A stretch of DNA of 64,000 bases from Octopus sinensis. Its lineage: Eukaryota. The notes beneath the pieces are model-generated. The model was not told the DNA's origin. It did no database searches and saw only the letters and a list, made by a program, of their open reading frames with translations. Below, in pieces: positions 27,225-39,332 of the stretch (within the stretch, counting starts at the first letter, position 1; every line of letters starts with the position of its first letter). The translations under genes were made by a program, and so were the position numbers. Location: the NCBI RefSeq assembly GCF_006345805.1, contig NC_043000.1, positions 95,728,001-95,792,000 of the forward strand, in the 5' to 3' direction.

Positions 27225-27693
27225 TGTGTGCATTGAACGCGTATGTGTTTACAGAAGTGTCTGCAATATATGTCTGTACAAACGAGTGTGTATTATATAT
27301 AGACACACTTTCATTTTTCACCACACTAGAAATATAGACAAGTTATTTCTCCTTGTGATGGAAGAGAACTGCCCATCCGTGAGACTTTTCATGACACACA
27401 TCGATCAGAGCGAAAAGAGGAGGAGAAAATATAAAAAGAAAACACAGATAAGCTCAGTCGAGAGGTAGGAGTTCATGTGGATAAATGTACACGACGAGTG
27501 CAAAGGATCGTTACTACAAACTCTTCACATTGATTTTACAGAATATCCTCAACCATTCCTTACTAAGAATCATCACAATTGCTGCAATATTTCAATCAAC
27601 ATGCATTAATATCAAACATCAGTTATTTACAACATTACAGGCTTCAGCTGCTTAAAGAGGATGCTTTTCTTTCCCCCCAACAACAACTGTAAA

Positions 27694-27729
<36 letters not shown>

Positions 27730-28058
27730 GAGAGAGAGAGAGAGTATGTGTATGTATATTTATATACACATACATACATATAGAGGGATGGATGTATCAT
27801 ATACAGATAGATGTAAGTATACATGTGTGTGTGTGTGTTTGTTTGTACAGATATATGTTGTGCCAAAGAAATATATTTCAAATATGTCGCAATGTGGAAG
27901 GTGGTAAATGGCTTTTGTTTTTGTTACTAATGATGCGGCTGCAACTCACTGCAGCAGGTGGACGTGTTCGTAGTAGTGATGACATTCATATTGTTATATT
28001 ATGTACATAAATTTATTTTCTACAAAAATAAAAATACTGAAGAAAAAATATTACTTAC

Positions 28059-29350
28059 AGAGGCATGTCTTGGATTTTCTTTTCTGTGTCGACTTCACCA
28101 AACTCGCATTCATCAGAGCTTTCACCACCAGAACTACTCTCCGTTGCATCAGAGTCCAGAGATGATTCCATATGCCTGAGAGCAGTGTTCAATTGACATG
28201 CGACACGCTCCGACTCTTCGCATGTCGCCTTGTCCAGTTTCAGCACGCTGTTGGAGTCTATCTTAGTCGAGACGTTCTGTATCAGCCTCTGATGACCGAT
28301 CGAAATCGGCTGAGATGATTGCAGTTTCCTGACCAGGTTGACCAGGGCGGCAGTGGATAAATTCCGTACGTCTTCGCTCTGCAGCAACTCTGTCTTCAGA
28401 TCGGCGACGGCTACATTGCTGGGGCCGGGCGATTTGATAGATTTAGCCATACTCTGCAGGTTTTTGTGCTGTTTGTTCACAAAACCCGCTAACTGGTGCC
28501 TGATATGTTGTTCCAGCTGCCTGCCTTGGATTCGACGTAATCGTTTCAGTAAAGTGTTCGCTTTCTTCTCTAAACTGCATTGAAACTTATCCACTTGCTG
28601 TTGGACAGTCTGCAGATCAAGGCCACCTTCAATACTCCTTCCGGATCCACTAACAATGCTGCTCTCATTACAAGGTTTATCAATGGCGTTTGTATTCATG
28701 TTGTTTACTATTAATGATGACGTTTTCGACGAACCTTCATGAGATCGTTGTAATTTAGACGCCAAAATGGAGAGAGAATTCTTAAGGCGCTGCTGAGGAT
28801 ATTCACTGAAACAAACGCTAGATATATTATTATTATTAGTAGTAGTAGTTGTAGTGGTGGTGGTGGTAGTAGTAGTGGTAAGACTGTTTTTACTGTTAAT
28901 ATTATTATTCATAGCCAAAGATCCTCGCGGTGAAAGGGAACTCTGTCGATTCATTTGATTCCTGGTATTAGTGGAATTGTTAACTCCTTCCTTTCTGGCG
29001 GCAGTAACCTCGCTCCGATGGTAAGGTTCCTTGGACAGGTTTCGAATAACTCTCAGGTGAACTAACCTACCACCACCAGCCGCGGCAACAGACGTGTTGC
29101 CGACTACTGGCTTTGCCAAACCTCCGTTGACGTTCTGCAGATACGTTAGACCAGACAGGGCGGGTTTCACGAACCCTTTCTCCACGGGTGATCTGGCCAC
29201 GGAACTGCCGAACTCTTCTTTCGCCCCAATTGTTGGTTTTTTATCCCGACCGTTGAGCAGGCTGCAATCTGTGGAAGAGGGTGGCGAAAGAGGCAGCTTA
29301 ATGTGTGCTTGTGTGGCCGCTTCCGTGAGCGCTGGCGCCATAGCGGCCAT
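28059..29350 (-). CDS. KANSL1: KAT8 regulatory NSL complex subunit 1, first coding exon (430 codons + 2 nt)
   Basis: The N-terminus MAAMAPALTEAA matches the vertebrate KANSL1 start MAAMAPALTDAA. The coiled-coil LLKRLRRIQGRQLEQHIRHQLAGFV and the hallmark SSLDSDATESSSGGESSDE are present. The ORF ends at a perfect donor CT|GTAAGT (28058-28053). Downstream exons were not found in the window. Confidence 0.93.
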
Positions 29351-29704
29351 GCACCATACCCTTAGCGGCAAAGGGCTGCACATAAAAGTCCGTTATATGA
29401 CCACATAAAGTGGAGTTATACAACTGAAGAATGCACGACTGGGTTTTTCAAGACTCACTTAGAGTCAAGAATTGAAAAAATTAAATGTAGATTCATGTAT
29501 TCCTGCACAATAAGGTCCTTTTTTTTTTTTTGAAAAAAAAAAAAAGGCAAAACACTTTTTTTGTATTGGTAATCCTACAGCATTTTCATTATTATTGTAT
29601 CATTCAAGTAAAATTAAGCACGTGATTCGTGTCATTTTGCAAAATCGTGAGGCCAGATTAGCCATTCTGAATGAAAATAAGGCGGAAAGGGATCATACTC
29701 GAAT
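28059..29704 (-). other. KANSL1: Probable full extent of the large KANSL1 exon including its 5' UTR part
   Basis: Strong acceptor TCTTTATTTTTTATTCGTTTCAG| ending at 29705. Alternative acceptors could start the exon at 29666 or 29502. Confidence 0.6.
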
Positions 29705-30332
29705 CTGAAACGAATAAAAAATAAAGACATATATACATACGTACGGATAAATAATTAACACACACGTTCACCATGGTACTTAACACAAATGTGTGCATAC
29801 ACACACACACACTAGAGATAGATATATATTATATATATGACAGGCACACACGAGGAGATTAATATACTACTTATATATGATAACGTAGAATTTCACAATT
29901 TTAACATAATAATAGCGTAAATGAACTAAGAGAAACGACTAGTGAAAAAGCTTTTAACACACACACACATTACACAAAAATAAAGAACGAATTAAAACCA
30001 GGAAAACTACCAGCTTTTTTTTAAAGAGATAATGCTTACTACATACGTAACAAAAGATCTTGATAGGCTGACATTTGTGGGGGTGAAGGGAAGGGATTAG
30101 GGTGGGTTTATTTTTTTCCTTTCACATTTTTTTTTCATCTTTTCTCTTCGTAAAAATTTACAATTGAATTGAAAAGCTTTTAGAAATAAAAGGCTTAGCG
30201 GAATATTAAAGAAACAAAAATACATATATAAATTATATATTTAAAAAAAAAAAAACATAAAGAGCGGAATCAAAGAAACAAATAAATAAATAAAAATAGG
30301 TTTCGCAAGTACCACGTGATTTCGCCACGTAC

Positions 30333-30518
30333 CCTAGGTGGTTCGAGCAGGAGGTGCTGCTCGGCTAAATAACAAGCAGTTGGGTGAGAGAGAGAGCTTG
30401 GTTGTCGTAGTCGTGGCCGCCTTTCCGCCGTCTCTTTCGTCTTCGTCGTCTTCAAACAAGCACGGCAACGAACGAACGAAAAAAAATAAAATAAACTAAT
30501 CCATTCTGTTTTGTTGTA
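30333..30518 (-). other. Candidate non-coding 5' UTR exon of KANSL1 (186 nt)
   Basis: Acceptor TCTGCTTCTTTTCAG| (ends 30519) and donor GG|GTACGT (30332-30327). The content is CpG-rich and includes the hairpin CGAGCAG-GAGGTG-CTGCTCG (30344-30363). Confidence 0.45.
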
Positions 30519-31736
30519 CTGAAAAGAAGCAGACTTTTCTTTTCCATAAAGACCCCCGTGTTCGCTTCGTGAAAAAATCCTTGATGGGAGTGTGAATAAG
30601 ACGCCAGAAACTATATTGTAATGTGTTTATGTGTAGATGTATGCATATATAAATGTATGTATAATTGTATACATGTGTGTATATATAATATTATATAGAA
30701 CCGTGTGGTGTGTGTATGTGTGCGAGATGATTTCTTTTTCCCACCTCCGTATGGAATTAAATGGGAGGGGGTAGTTACAATATCAAACCTTGATTACTTG
30801 CTTTTTTTTTTTTTTTAGTTAAATAGATTAAAAGGCCTTTTTTCCTTTCTTTCTGTCGACAATGAAGCGATGCTGATGAGGAAGTTGGTAGGTCTTAATA
30901 AACAACTAAGTGCACAAACATCATCTCGGTTCTCGCATAAGATCAGTATTTCGTCGTCAGAACGTCACCTTCCCCCGTTTAATGAGAAGGAGGCGGTCAT
31001 GGCGCCGGTGGAAAAAAGCTTGCTTTTTGCTTTATGTTATAATATAGTTCGGTCAGTCTTTCACTCTCCCTCCCTAATGTCTCAATATCTGTCTTCCTCT
31101 ATTTCTCTCTCTCGAGCTGTCTGTCTATCTATCTATCACACTTCCTAGCCTTCTCTCTTCATAGAACACTTCTACTGTCAGTGGCAGTAGTAGCAGTAGT
31201 GTGTGTACTCCATAAAGGCATCATGGCGTCGTTCTGAGTTAAAGCAAACGAGTGAGCGAGACAGAAAGGGAGGAAGGAGGAGGAGGCCGTAAAGAAGGCC
31301 GTCATCCTAAAACCTTAAACTGCAGGATAATAATAGCTGCTCGATCATGCTATAGGACAAGTAGAGAACGAGACAGCGTTTCGATTGGACATCAGCGATG
31401 ATTCGATTGGCTAACAGCCGTGGCTCTAGCGACATTGCATTTACTTTACACACTCCTCGTTCACTTACACTCAAAGTCAATCAAACACATTAACTTAGAA
31501 CCTAGATGCCGAGCAGTTTAAGTAATGAGAAAAACAAACTACAAAAATATCCATATTTTTCCGAGCTCGATAATTCGAATTTTATATAGATTTTGAAATG
31601 GTTCATCCTGAATCTATTATACGCATACACATGTTAAGAAATATCGTTATTATGTTTTTCGACGAGGGGAGGGTGGCTTCCGCTTGTTGGATGTTACTGG
31701 AACAGTGAAAGACGGGACGAGGTAATCGTTGCAATC

Positions 31737-31756
31737 ATGGCTGACTTCAATTTTAG
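31737..31756 (+). CDS. Candidate start exon of an unidentified divergent gene (MADFNF-R/S, phase 2)
   Basis: AATC-ATG-G start context, then GCT GAC TTC AAT TTT AG|GTAGGC donor, ~55 bp downstream of an ETS motif. No homology was recognised. Confidence 0.3.
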
Positions 31757-33186
31757 GTAGGCCGGTCTTGCCATTTTCGCGATCTCATTTTATTTATCGA
31801 CAGTGCTTACAACAGAAGTAAGTAACATGCTAAATGTGTTTGATTCCAATGTGATGAGAAACAAATTTTTAAAGCTGAAATTACTTTCTATTATTTTTAC
31901 ACGTAAACCGACTTACTGAAAAGTATCACTATTATTATTATTATCATAAGACTGACGTAAATAACGATATATATTTCATGGTACTACTAATGGACAAGTT
32001 ATTTCTTACAACAATAATAATTAGAATAGGAGTAGTAGCAGCGGTATTCTTATATATATATGTGTGTGTGTGTGACATAAATGGGTCCTGGAGTGCACAT
32101 TTTCATAAATATAAAACTAGTTATTTCAAACGCAATATAAATAATAATAATCGAGTAGAAGAAAACACGCGGAGGCAATAAAATAAAAAGGATTCCTAAC
32201 CTGAATCAGATTTTTTTTTCTTTTTTTTTTTTTTGAAGCCTATATAATATTAATACAGTTGTCGATCCATGCGTAACTAATACTATTTAAGAAAGAAAAA
32301 AAAAAAGAAAGAATTCAAGCGACGTTGCCGGAAATAAGATCCATATTTATTAGTCATGACTGATGCAGCAGTGCCTGCCTGATCCACCGTTGTTGCGAAC
32401 CACTCTCGACGAAGAAAGAAGCCACCAGCTCTCACAGGAAATGATAAAAAGTAGTTCAAAAACGACTGGAGTTGTAGTTTTTGTTCTTTCCTTTTCCATC
32501 GACAAACAACAGCTTATCTTCATGGAAAGAAGAAAAAGGAACCTTAAGCCAATGTGTGAGCGCTTCCACTACAGTCGCTCGATATGCTGAAAATAATAGC
32601 TAAAGACGCATTTCAAATCATACCCTAACGTTTAACATCCTATACGCCCTTCCTTATTTCCATTTTTTTGTTAATGTTATCCTCCACCTACAACGCGATG
32701 GGATGGTCATGTTTGGAATGACTTTGCTCAATCAGAATTGACTTGGGGCTAAGCAACAATGACCCTTAGGAATAAATATGCAGAAGAAAAAGGGACTAAC
32801 AACAAAATCTTTGACTACGAAGATTTTGTTGGCTACTTTATTAAAAGGAAGCCTTTAAAAAGGGGGAAATGTTGCCGATAACAAGAATACTACCCTGGAG
32901 CCCTAAATTTTAGCGCCTTTCCCTCTTTATTGATCACCAAAACGGAAATATATAGGAAGCTCACAAGCTTTCCTTTTCATGGCGCTTGTAACATTATTTA
33001 CGGCATTTAAATATTAAATGCAATGTACTACGATTTTAATTGGAGCACCATCTTCATCTAATCTCAATTTAATGTCATCTTAATATTGTTGGATTAACCA
33101 AATAATTTCAATAATTGAAATCAAAAATGCTGAAGGAGAGTTAATAAACCCTACATTTTGTGCATGTGTTGTACATACATGCACAT

Positions 33187-33241
<55 letters not shown>

Positions 33242-33741
33242 GCTGGCCCGTTTTCAGTTTGCATATATATATTAAGAATTTATATCCAAGTAAAATAACC
33301 TGTGTGCATTGTATGTATATACGCGTGTGTGTGTGGTGTGAATATATATACGAATGGCTATATGAAACGACGATTTCTACCGACAGCTATATGCATATAG
33401 ATCTGTGTGAATATATGTAGAAATCATTTTTTTTTTCTATGTTGGCATAGATAGGACTTCTTGAAGCAATGTTTTATGGCCGGATGCCCTTCCTGACACC
33501 AACCCCTTCAGTTTTTACGATACAGAAAATTATATACGTGTGAGTGTAAAAATACAAGTGTGTATGTGTATATAGATATGTAGGTATTTTATATATATAT
33601 ATATATATGCATGTGTATATATATCTGCGTATGTATGTGTGTGTATATATATTTATATATGTATATATATATATATATGCGCGTGTGTTTATATATTTTA
33701 TTTATAGTCAACCTAACTGAAAAGGCTGGCAAATGAAGCTT

Positions 33742-33784
<43 letters not shown>

Positions 33785-36700
33785 TATGGGGTTTTTCCGT
33801 CTACAAGAATTCATAATATATGAATTACGTCCAGGTTCAGTTGCCTCCCCACACACGCACCATTGTGTTAATCTGGAATTAATGACTGAAATATATTCCA
33901 AGTACCTAAAGTTTAAAGGGGACCCATTTTGTAATACAAAGTTAATTCTCTCAAAATTAGTAAAATTTACTTTAGAAGATATTTGTCTAAATTTCCGCCC
34001 TGATCTTTCACACACAACATTAATCTTATCTTTCACTTAACGCTGTTCACAGGCGTGGTCGGATAAAAAGTTTTCGAGACGAAACGGGAGGGAAAAAGTA
34101 AAAGAAAAAATTATCGATAATAATTTTTGACGATCAGATCCAAGGTTTCTGTGCGAGAATAAAAGAAAATATGTTCGGTTGTAATTTGTAAATTGGAGAA
34201 GGTTTTTAACTTAACTTTTTTTTTAAGTAGCGATTCTCCGATATTCTAGAAGCAAAATTATTTAGTGCGTGCCGTGCGTGGGTAAAAGAAAGAAAGAATA
34301 CAGCTAAAACCATGATCGATTTTGATGTCTAAAGTGGTCAGCAGTGATTATTATATATTATTAGTATTGGCGTGTTCATTAAAGCCATTTTTAATTATCA
34401 TTAAAGAAAGAGATAGAAAACGAAATGTTAATAGAAGAAAATTTGCTGCTTGCTTCCTTCCAACATGGAATGTGTGTGTGTGTGTGTGTGTTTTTAATCA
34501 TAATAGTGGAATCTAGCCATTCAAGTCGATGAGACGTTCTATGTGGTCACTTGACCTACTAGAAATAACAGCCAAATATATCTCGCATATTTCTATTGTC
34601 TAAAAAAAAAAAAAGGAAAAGAATAACATATCCTAGAATTCAGTCCAAGCTGGAGGATGACCACCTTACCTTTTGAAACATCAATCAAAATTTTTGTTAA
34701 TAAATCAAGGATTAATTTCTTGAAGCAGTAGACTACTTTTGGATAAATAAATTATAGGCGATTGAAACTATCGCAGTATATTACTGGTACAGTTCTATCT
34801 AACTCTGCAAACACGGAAAGCAATGAGATATGAAATGTGATAAAAAAAAAGATTTTTCAAAAGGTAGAAGGAAGTAGACAGCTTTAAACAAATTCTCTAC
34901 TGGGATCGACTTCGAGAACTGAAAAAAAAAATACTGTTGACTTGTATCAGATTTGAACTAAAAACTCGAAGCATCAAATTAGATAGATGGGCAGCAGCAT
35001 AAATCAGTCTGTCCTATTGCATGGCTGCATCGTTCTGATTGCAAGGTTCTAATAATAATTCATACACTAGCTTGAAGGTTATAGGGCGAGAAGAGAAAAT
35101 ACGTTGTAATAATATCCATACCTTTCCCAAGGGCATTAACGATGTACATGAAGTTGTTTAAACTGCCAATCGAAACCGGGTCGCGGAGTCGAAGCGTTGG
35201 GAATTTTACCCACTTCACTACCATATGACACCCACAGTCACATCACGGCGCCCTTCACAACAACCACAGTGTTTACTGTATTTGGTTAAAAGGTACATTT
35301 TAGATCAAATAATGCGTTAAAAAATGTATCGTTTAAGTAGAACAAATTATTTAAAAAATTTACCTAATTATTTCAAATATTCAATAGATTAATTAGCTTT
35401 TTGACAACGAAGCCGAGATAAATTATACAAAGGGAAATAATTGAGATCGATTAGAACAATTATTGCTGATCGGAGTTGTGTAATTTACTAATTATTATTA
35501 ATTTCATTTATAGAATTAGGCAATTGGTTTTGTTGTAAAATGTGTGTGTATATATGTATATATAAAAATACGATTTTTTTTTCATATTCAAGATTAAATT
35601 TAAAATCAATTTTATGAAAAACAAAATCCATAGAAGTTTACACAGAAATTTAATTAGAAAACAAAATTGCCTTCGATTTTCTACGAAATTACTATATGAT
35701 CGCGAACCACAAGGTTTTTTTCCTTTTGAAGGGAAATATTTAACACACTTTATTATTAATCTACGTAACGGTGATTTATTTATTCATTTACTTTTTTTCC
35801 TTTCCCCGTTTCAAAACGAAAAATAAAGCACTTTCTCCTCTATTTCGGATGCTTTATTTGCAATTATAACTTTGTTTAAAAAAAAAAAATCGTCGACTGC
35901 TTTAAAAACCACTGAAGTGTCGTTACTTCATTCTTTAAATGACGGGAGGGCGGGGTGTTTATTTGAAAACAAAAAAACTTTTTATAGACTAATTTTATTT
36001 TTATTCAGTAGCATTTGTTTTTTGTTTGTTTTTTTTTCATTTCATAACTAATCCATATAATATCACAGCTCATTTTAAGTAGCAATCGTAACTGAGCATG
36101 GAAAAATGGTTGAGGAAAGTACACTTATTACTTGTGTTACGTAATAAATATTATGTGTATTTTTTTTACTTGCAGAACTATCAGCATCGACAGAGGAAAG
36201 TAACAATTGTCTCCCTTGCACCATTATTGCGTCGAATTTGAAAATACAATGCAGACTAAATGAAATTATAATAAATATCATGTGTAATTACAAATTAAAA
36301 ATTAGGAATTGATTATACTAGGACTAGGCAAGAAAGCTAAAGGGGTAAATTGTAATACAGAGGTTATTAGTATTAGATCAATGAGCGATTACGTGACGTT
36401 TACTTAGTAATGAATGAGAATGCAAACTATATTTTAATTTTTTTTTTAATAACAAACTGATAAAACAAAAGTTAGGAATCCATCAAATTGGAGATATTTA
36501 AAAAATTGTTCGAGTTACCGTGTTGAGAGAATGAGGTAAATGAAAATACGAGAGAATAGCTTGTCGTCAAAATGCTTTTTCAAATTAGAAAATCACTTTT
36601 ACAGTTGTCATTTTAACAGGAAATGACGTTAAAAACGTATTGACGAATATTTGTTTTTCAATCACGCCGTGGAGGTAGTTGAGACATCGATTCGTCTATG

Positions 36701-37146
36701 GATCGTAAGTTTTCATACCTCGTAATAAACGTGTGCAGTCGTAAATCTAGCTAACTCAACTGTACAGATTTCGATATAATGATATCAAATGTATAGCTAA
36801 TCACGACGAGACATTCATCAATATTTAGTTGTTAGATATTAGCAACATAAACTTTCATCATCATCGTTTTAACGTCCACTTATACACACTTGCATGGGTC
36901 AGACGGAATTTGTAGAGGCAGATTTTCTATAGCCGGATGCACTTCCTATCGCCAAACCTCATTTGTTACCAACATAATATTCTCCATACCAAAAACATTT
37001 TCCATGGAAAACTGGAAACTAAGAATGCCGCTTCTATGTCTGACATTCGTTTAAAACTATCACATGAAGTCATGGTAAGGAGATAGTAACACACACACAC
37101 ACACATATATATATAAATATATATATACACATACACACACATATAT

Positions 37147-37518
37147 GCAGGAGTGGCTGTGTGGTAAGTAGCTTGCTTACCAACCACATGGTTCTGGGTT
37201 CAGTCCCACTGCATGGCACCTTGGGCAAGTGTCTTCTACTATAGCCTCGGGGTGACCAATGCTTTGTGAGTGGATTTGGTAGATGGAAACTGAAAGAAGC
37301 CTGTCGTATATAGGTTTGTGTGTCTGTTTGTCTCCCCAACATCACTTGACAACTGATGCTGGTGTGTTTACGCCCCCATGACTTTGCGGTTCGGCAAAAG
37401 AGACCGATAGAATAAGTACTAGATTTAGAAAGAATAAGTCCTGGGGTCGATTTGCTCGAATAAAGGCAGTGCTCCAGCATAGCCGCAGTCAAATGACTGA
37501 AACAAGTAAAAAGAGTAT
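37147..37518 (+). mobile_element. Full-length tRNA-derived SINE
   Basis: A-box-like TGGCTGTGTGGTAAG, B-box-like GGTTCAGTCCC, and tail CAGTCAAATGACTGAAACAAGTAAAAAGAGTA. Many homologous copies occur in the window. Confidence 0.85.
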
Positions 37519-38122
37519 AAGATGGGCTTTTAGTTTCCATCTATCGAGGCTTTACTTTGGTTGGTCTGGAGTGAAACTGAACCTGAGACTATGTGGATGT
37601 GTACTGCTATGCCTGTGCATTTTTGTTAGTAAAAAAGATCAGACCTGTAAACCATCTGTCTAATTATAGGTCTCTAAATCAAAATTGAATTTGTAATTGA
37701 AAAAGAAAATTTTAAAAGAATGAATGTTGTTCCTTAGTTTTGAGCAGATAAAAGCAAAACGTAATTTTACTATCAGAAAATTCAGACCACTAAAATAAAA
37801 TCACCAAAAAAAATCTTGCTCCAATTATCCTCAGTCTAAATATCACACTAAATCCATGAAACCCAACCTTTTTTTGCACAACAAATTTATTTTTGTGTAA
37901 GACAATTTTTTCATGGACTCAAGGATCACATGCATAACACAAAGTGCATAATATATAATTTAATTATTACATAATGTAAACAAGTCCTGCAGACTGCAAT
38001 AATTAAAATTTATTCTTTCTGTGCAGCCCAGTGGTTGGGGACTTCTGCACTAAATCTTACTGCGACAAATGGCAGTCATTTGTAAAATGCCTTTCAACTT
38101 TGAAAAACAAGTGTAGGATGTA

Positions 38123-39332
38123 TTAGGTCATCCCATAAACAATGCATTTTTTTATACTTCTTTTATTTTTCAAAACTTCTTTTTTAATCTAAAATATACT
38201 CTCCTTCATTTTCTACAATGCTCTTCCATCTATCTGGTAGAATTGCAAGGCCCATCTTCCAAAATTCATTTGTCCATGACGAAAAATACCCCTCCAGTAA
38301 TGTTCCAAACTCGTCTACAGAATTCATATTTTTTCCCTCCAAATGATTTTGAAGACTGCGGAATAAATGATAATCAGGTAGGGCAATGTCCAGCAAATAT
38401 GCTCCAGCCTTTGAAATGTTATCCTCGCTGTATGTGGCTGAGCATTATCCTGATGGAAGAACACTTTTTGTCTCGAAACCAAAGATGGTTTTCAAGTGCT
38501 AACTTTACACTCAAGCTGGTCATACTGGATCTCCTTTGTTATCGTTTGGTTTAAGTTTAAAAGTTCAAAGTGGACTAAACCTTTCATACCCCACCAAACA
38601 GATAACACCTTACGTGAGTGAAGCCCTTTAGTCTGGAGTGCTGGTATTCTCCTTTCCCTACCCACTGTCTTTGGCACTTGACATTTTTATAGAGAAGCCA
38701 TTTCTTGTCACCAGTCACTATTTGGTCCAAAAAAGGTTCATTCTTGAGACATGACAGCAAAGAAGAGCATACATTCACTTTCTGTGCATAATTAGACTCA
38801 GTAAGTTTGTGAGGAATCCATTGACCAGATTTGCTGACTTTTCCGATGGTACACAGGTGTCAATGAATGGTTGAATGACCAAATCCAAGCTTCTCTGCTA
38901 GTTCCTCAACAATTACGATGGGATTTTGTTCCACCAGGGTTTGCAGGACATCCTCATCGAGCTCTGCAGATCTTCCAGGACAAGGCTCATCTTCTAGGCT
39001 GTAGTTTTCACCTTAAAATTTCTGGAATCACCGTTGACACTACCTTACACTTACTGTCCAATCCTCATATACTACATTGATATTCCTTGCACTTTCTGTT
39101 GTGTTGTTGCCTATATTGAACTCGTAAAGCAAAATATGTTGAATCTGCTCCTTTGTCACTTCCATTATAGCTTTGAAAAATTGAACTGCACTCTTCAAAA
39201 CTTGCACTAAGAATAAATACAAAGTAAAATTACTACCTGTTTTTATAGCAAGTTGATGCAGGTAGTTTATCCTGTCCCCCTCCAACTTTTAGTTCATGTA
39301 ATTGAAAAAAATTACATTATGGGATGACCCAA
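38123..39332 (-). mobile_element. Degraded mariner (DD34D-type) transposon with both TIRs, 1210 bp
   Basis: TIRs TA|TTAGGTCATCCCATAA... and ...TTATGGGATGACCCAA. Minus-strand fragments: KEQIQHILLYEFNIGNNTTESARNIN (HTH), FLDQIVTGDKKWLLYKN, VWWGMKGLVHFELL, PDYHLFRSLQNHLEGK and ILPDRWKSIVENEGEYILD. Frameshifted. Confidence 0.93.

Larger units (their letters stand above)
30300..32340. promoter_or_regulatory. CpG-rich, probably bidirectional promoter region
   Basis: Dense CpG. Two CCAAT boxes on the minus strand (ATTGG at 31384 and 31406), an E-box CACGTG (30313), ETS-like CTTCCG (31677) and CCGGAAAT (~32328), and YY1-like CATGGCG (30978, 31222). Confidence 0.65.

Noticed and set aside
28289-28310. 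Hammerhead-like CTGATGA...GAAA antisense to the KANSL1 CDS
   Set aside because: The bases that should close stem II do not pair, and the sequence is explained by coding constraint.
29351-29383. ORF-track start at 29383 (MCSPLPLRVWC extension) as the true KANSL1 start
   Set aside because: Homology to known KANSL1 begins exactly at MAAMAPAL (29350). The upstream ATG is treated as a possible minor extension only.
30945-30965. Minus-strand CTGACGA-C-GAAA minimal hammerhead
   Set aside because: Only one base separates the core motifs, and no complementary stem I/III or cleavage triplet is present.
37147-37225. tRNA gene
   Set aside because: A and B boxes are present, but the sequence continues into a multi-copy SINE body and I cannot fold a full cloverleaf.
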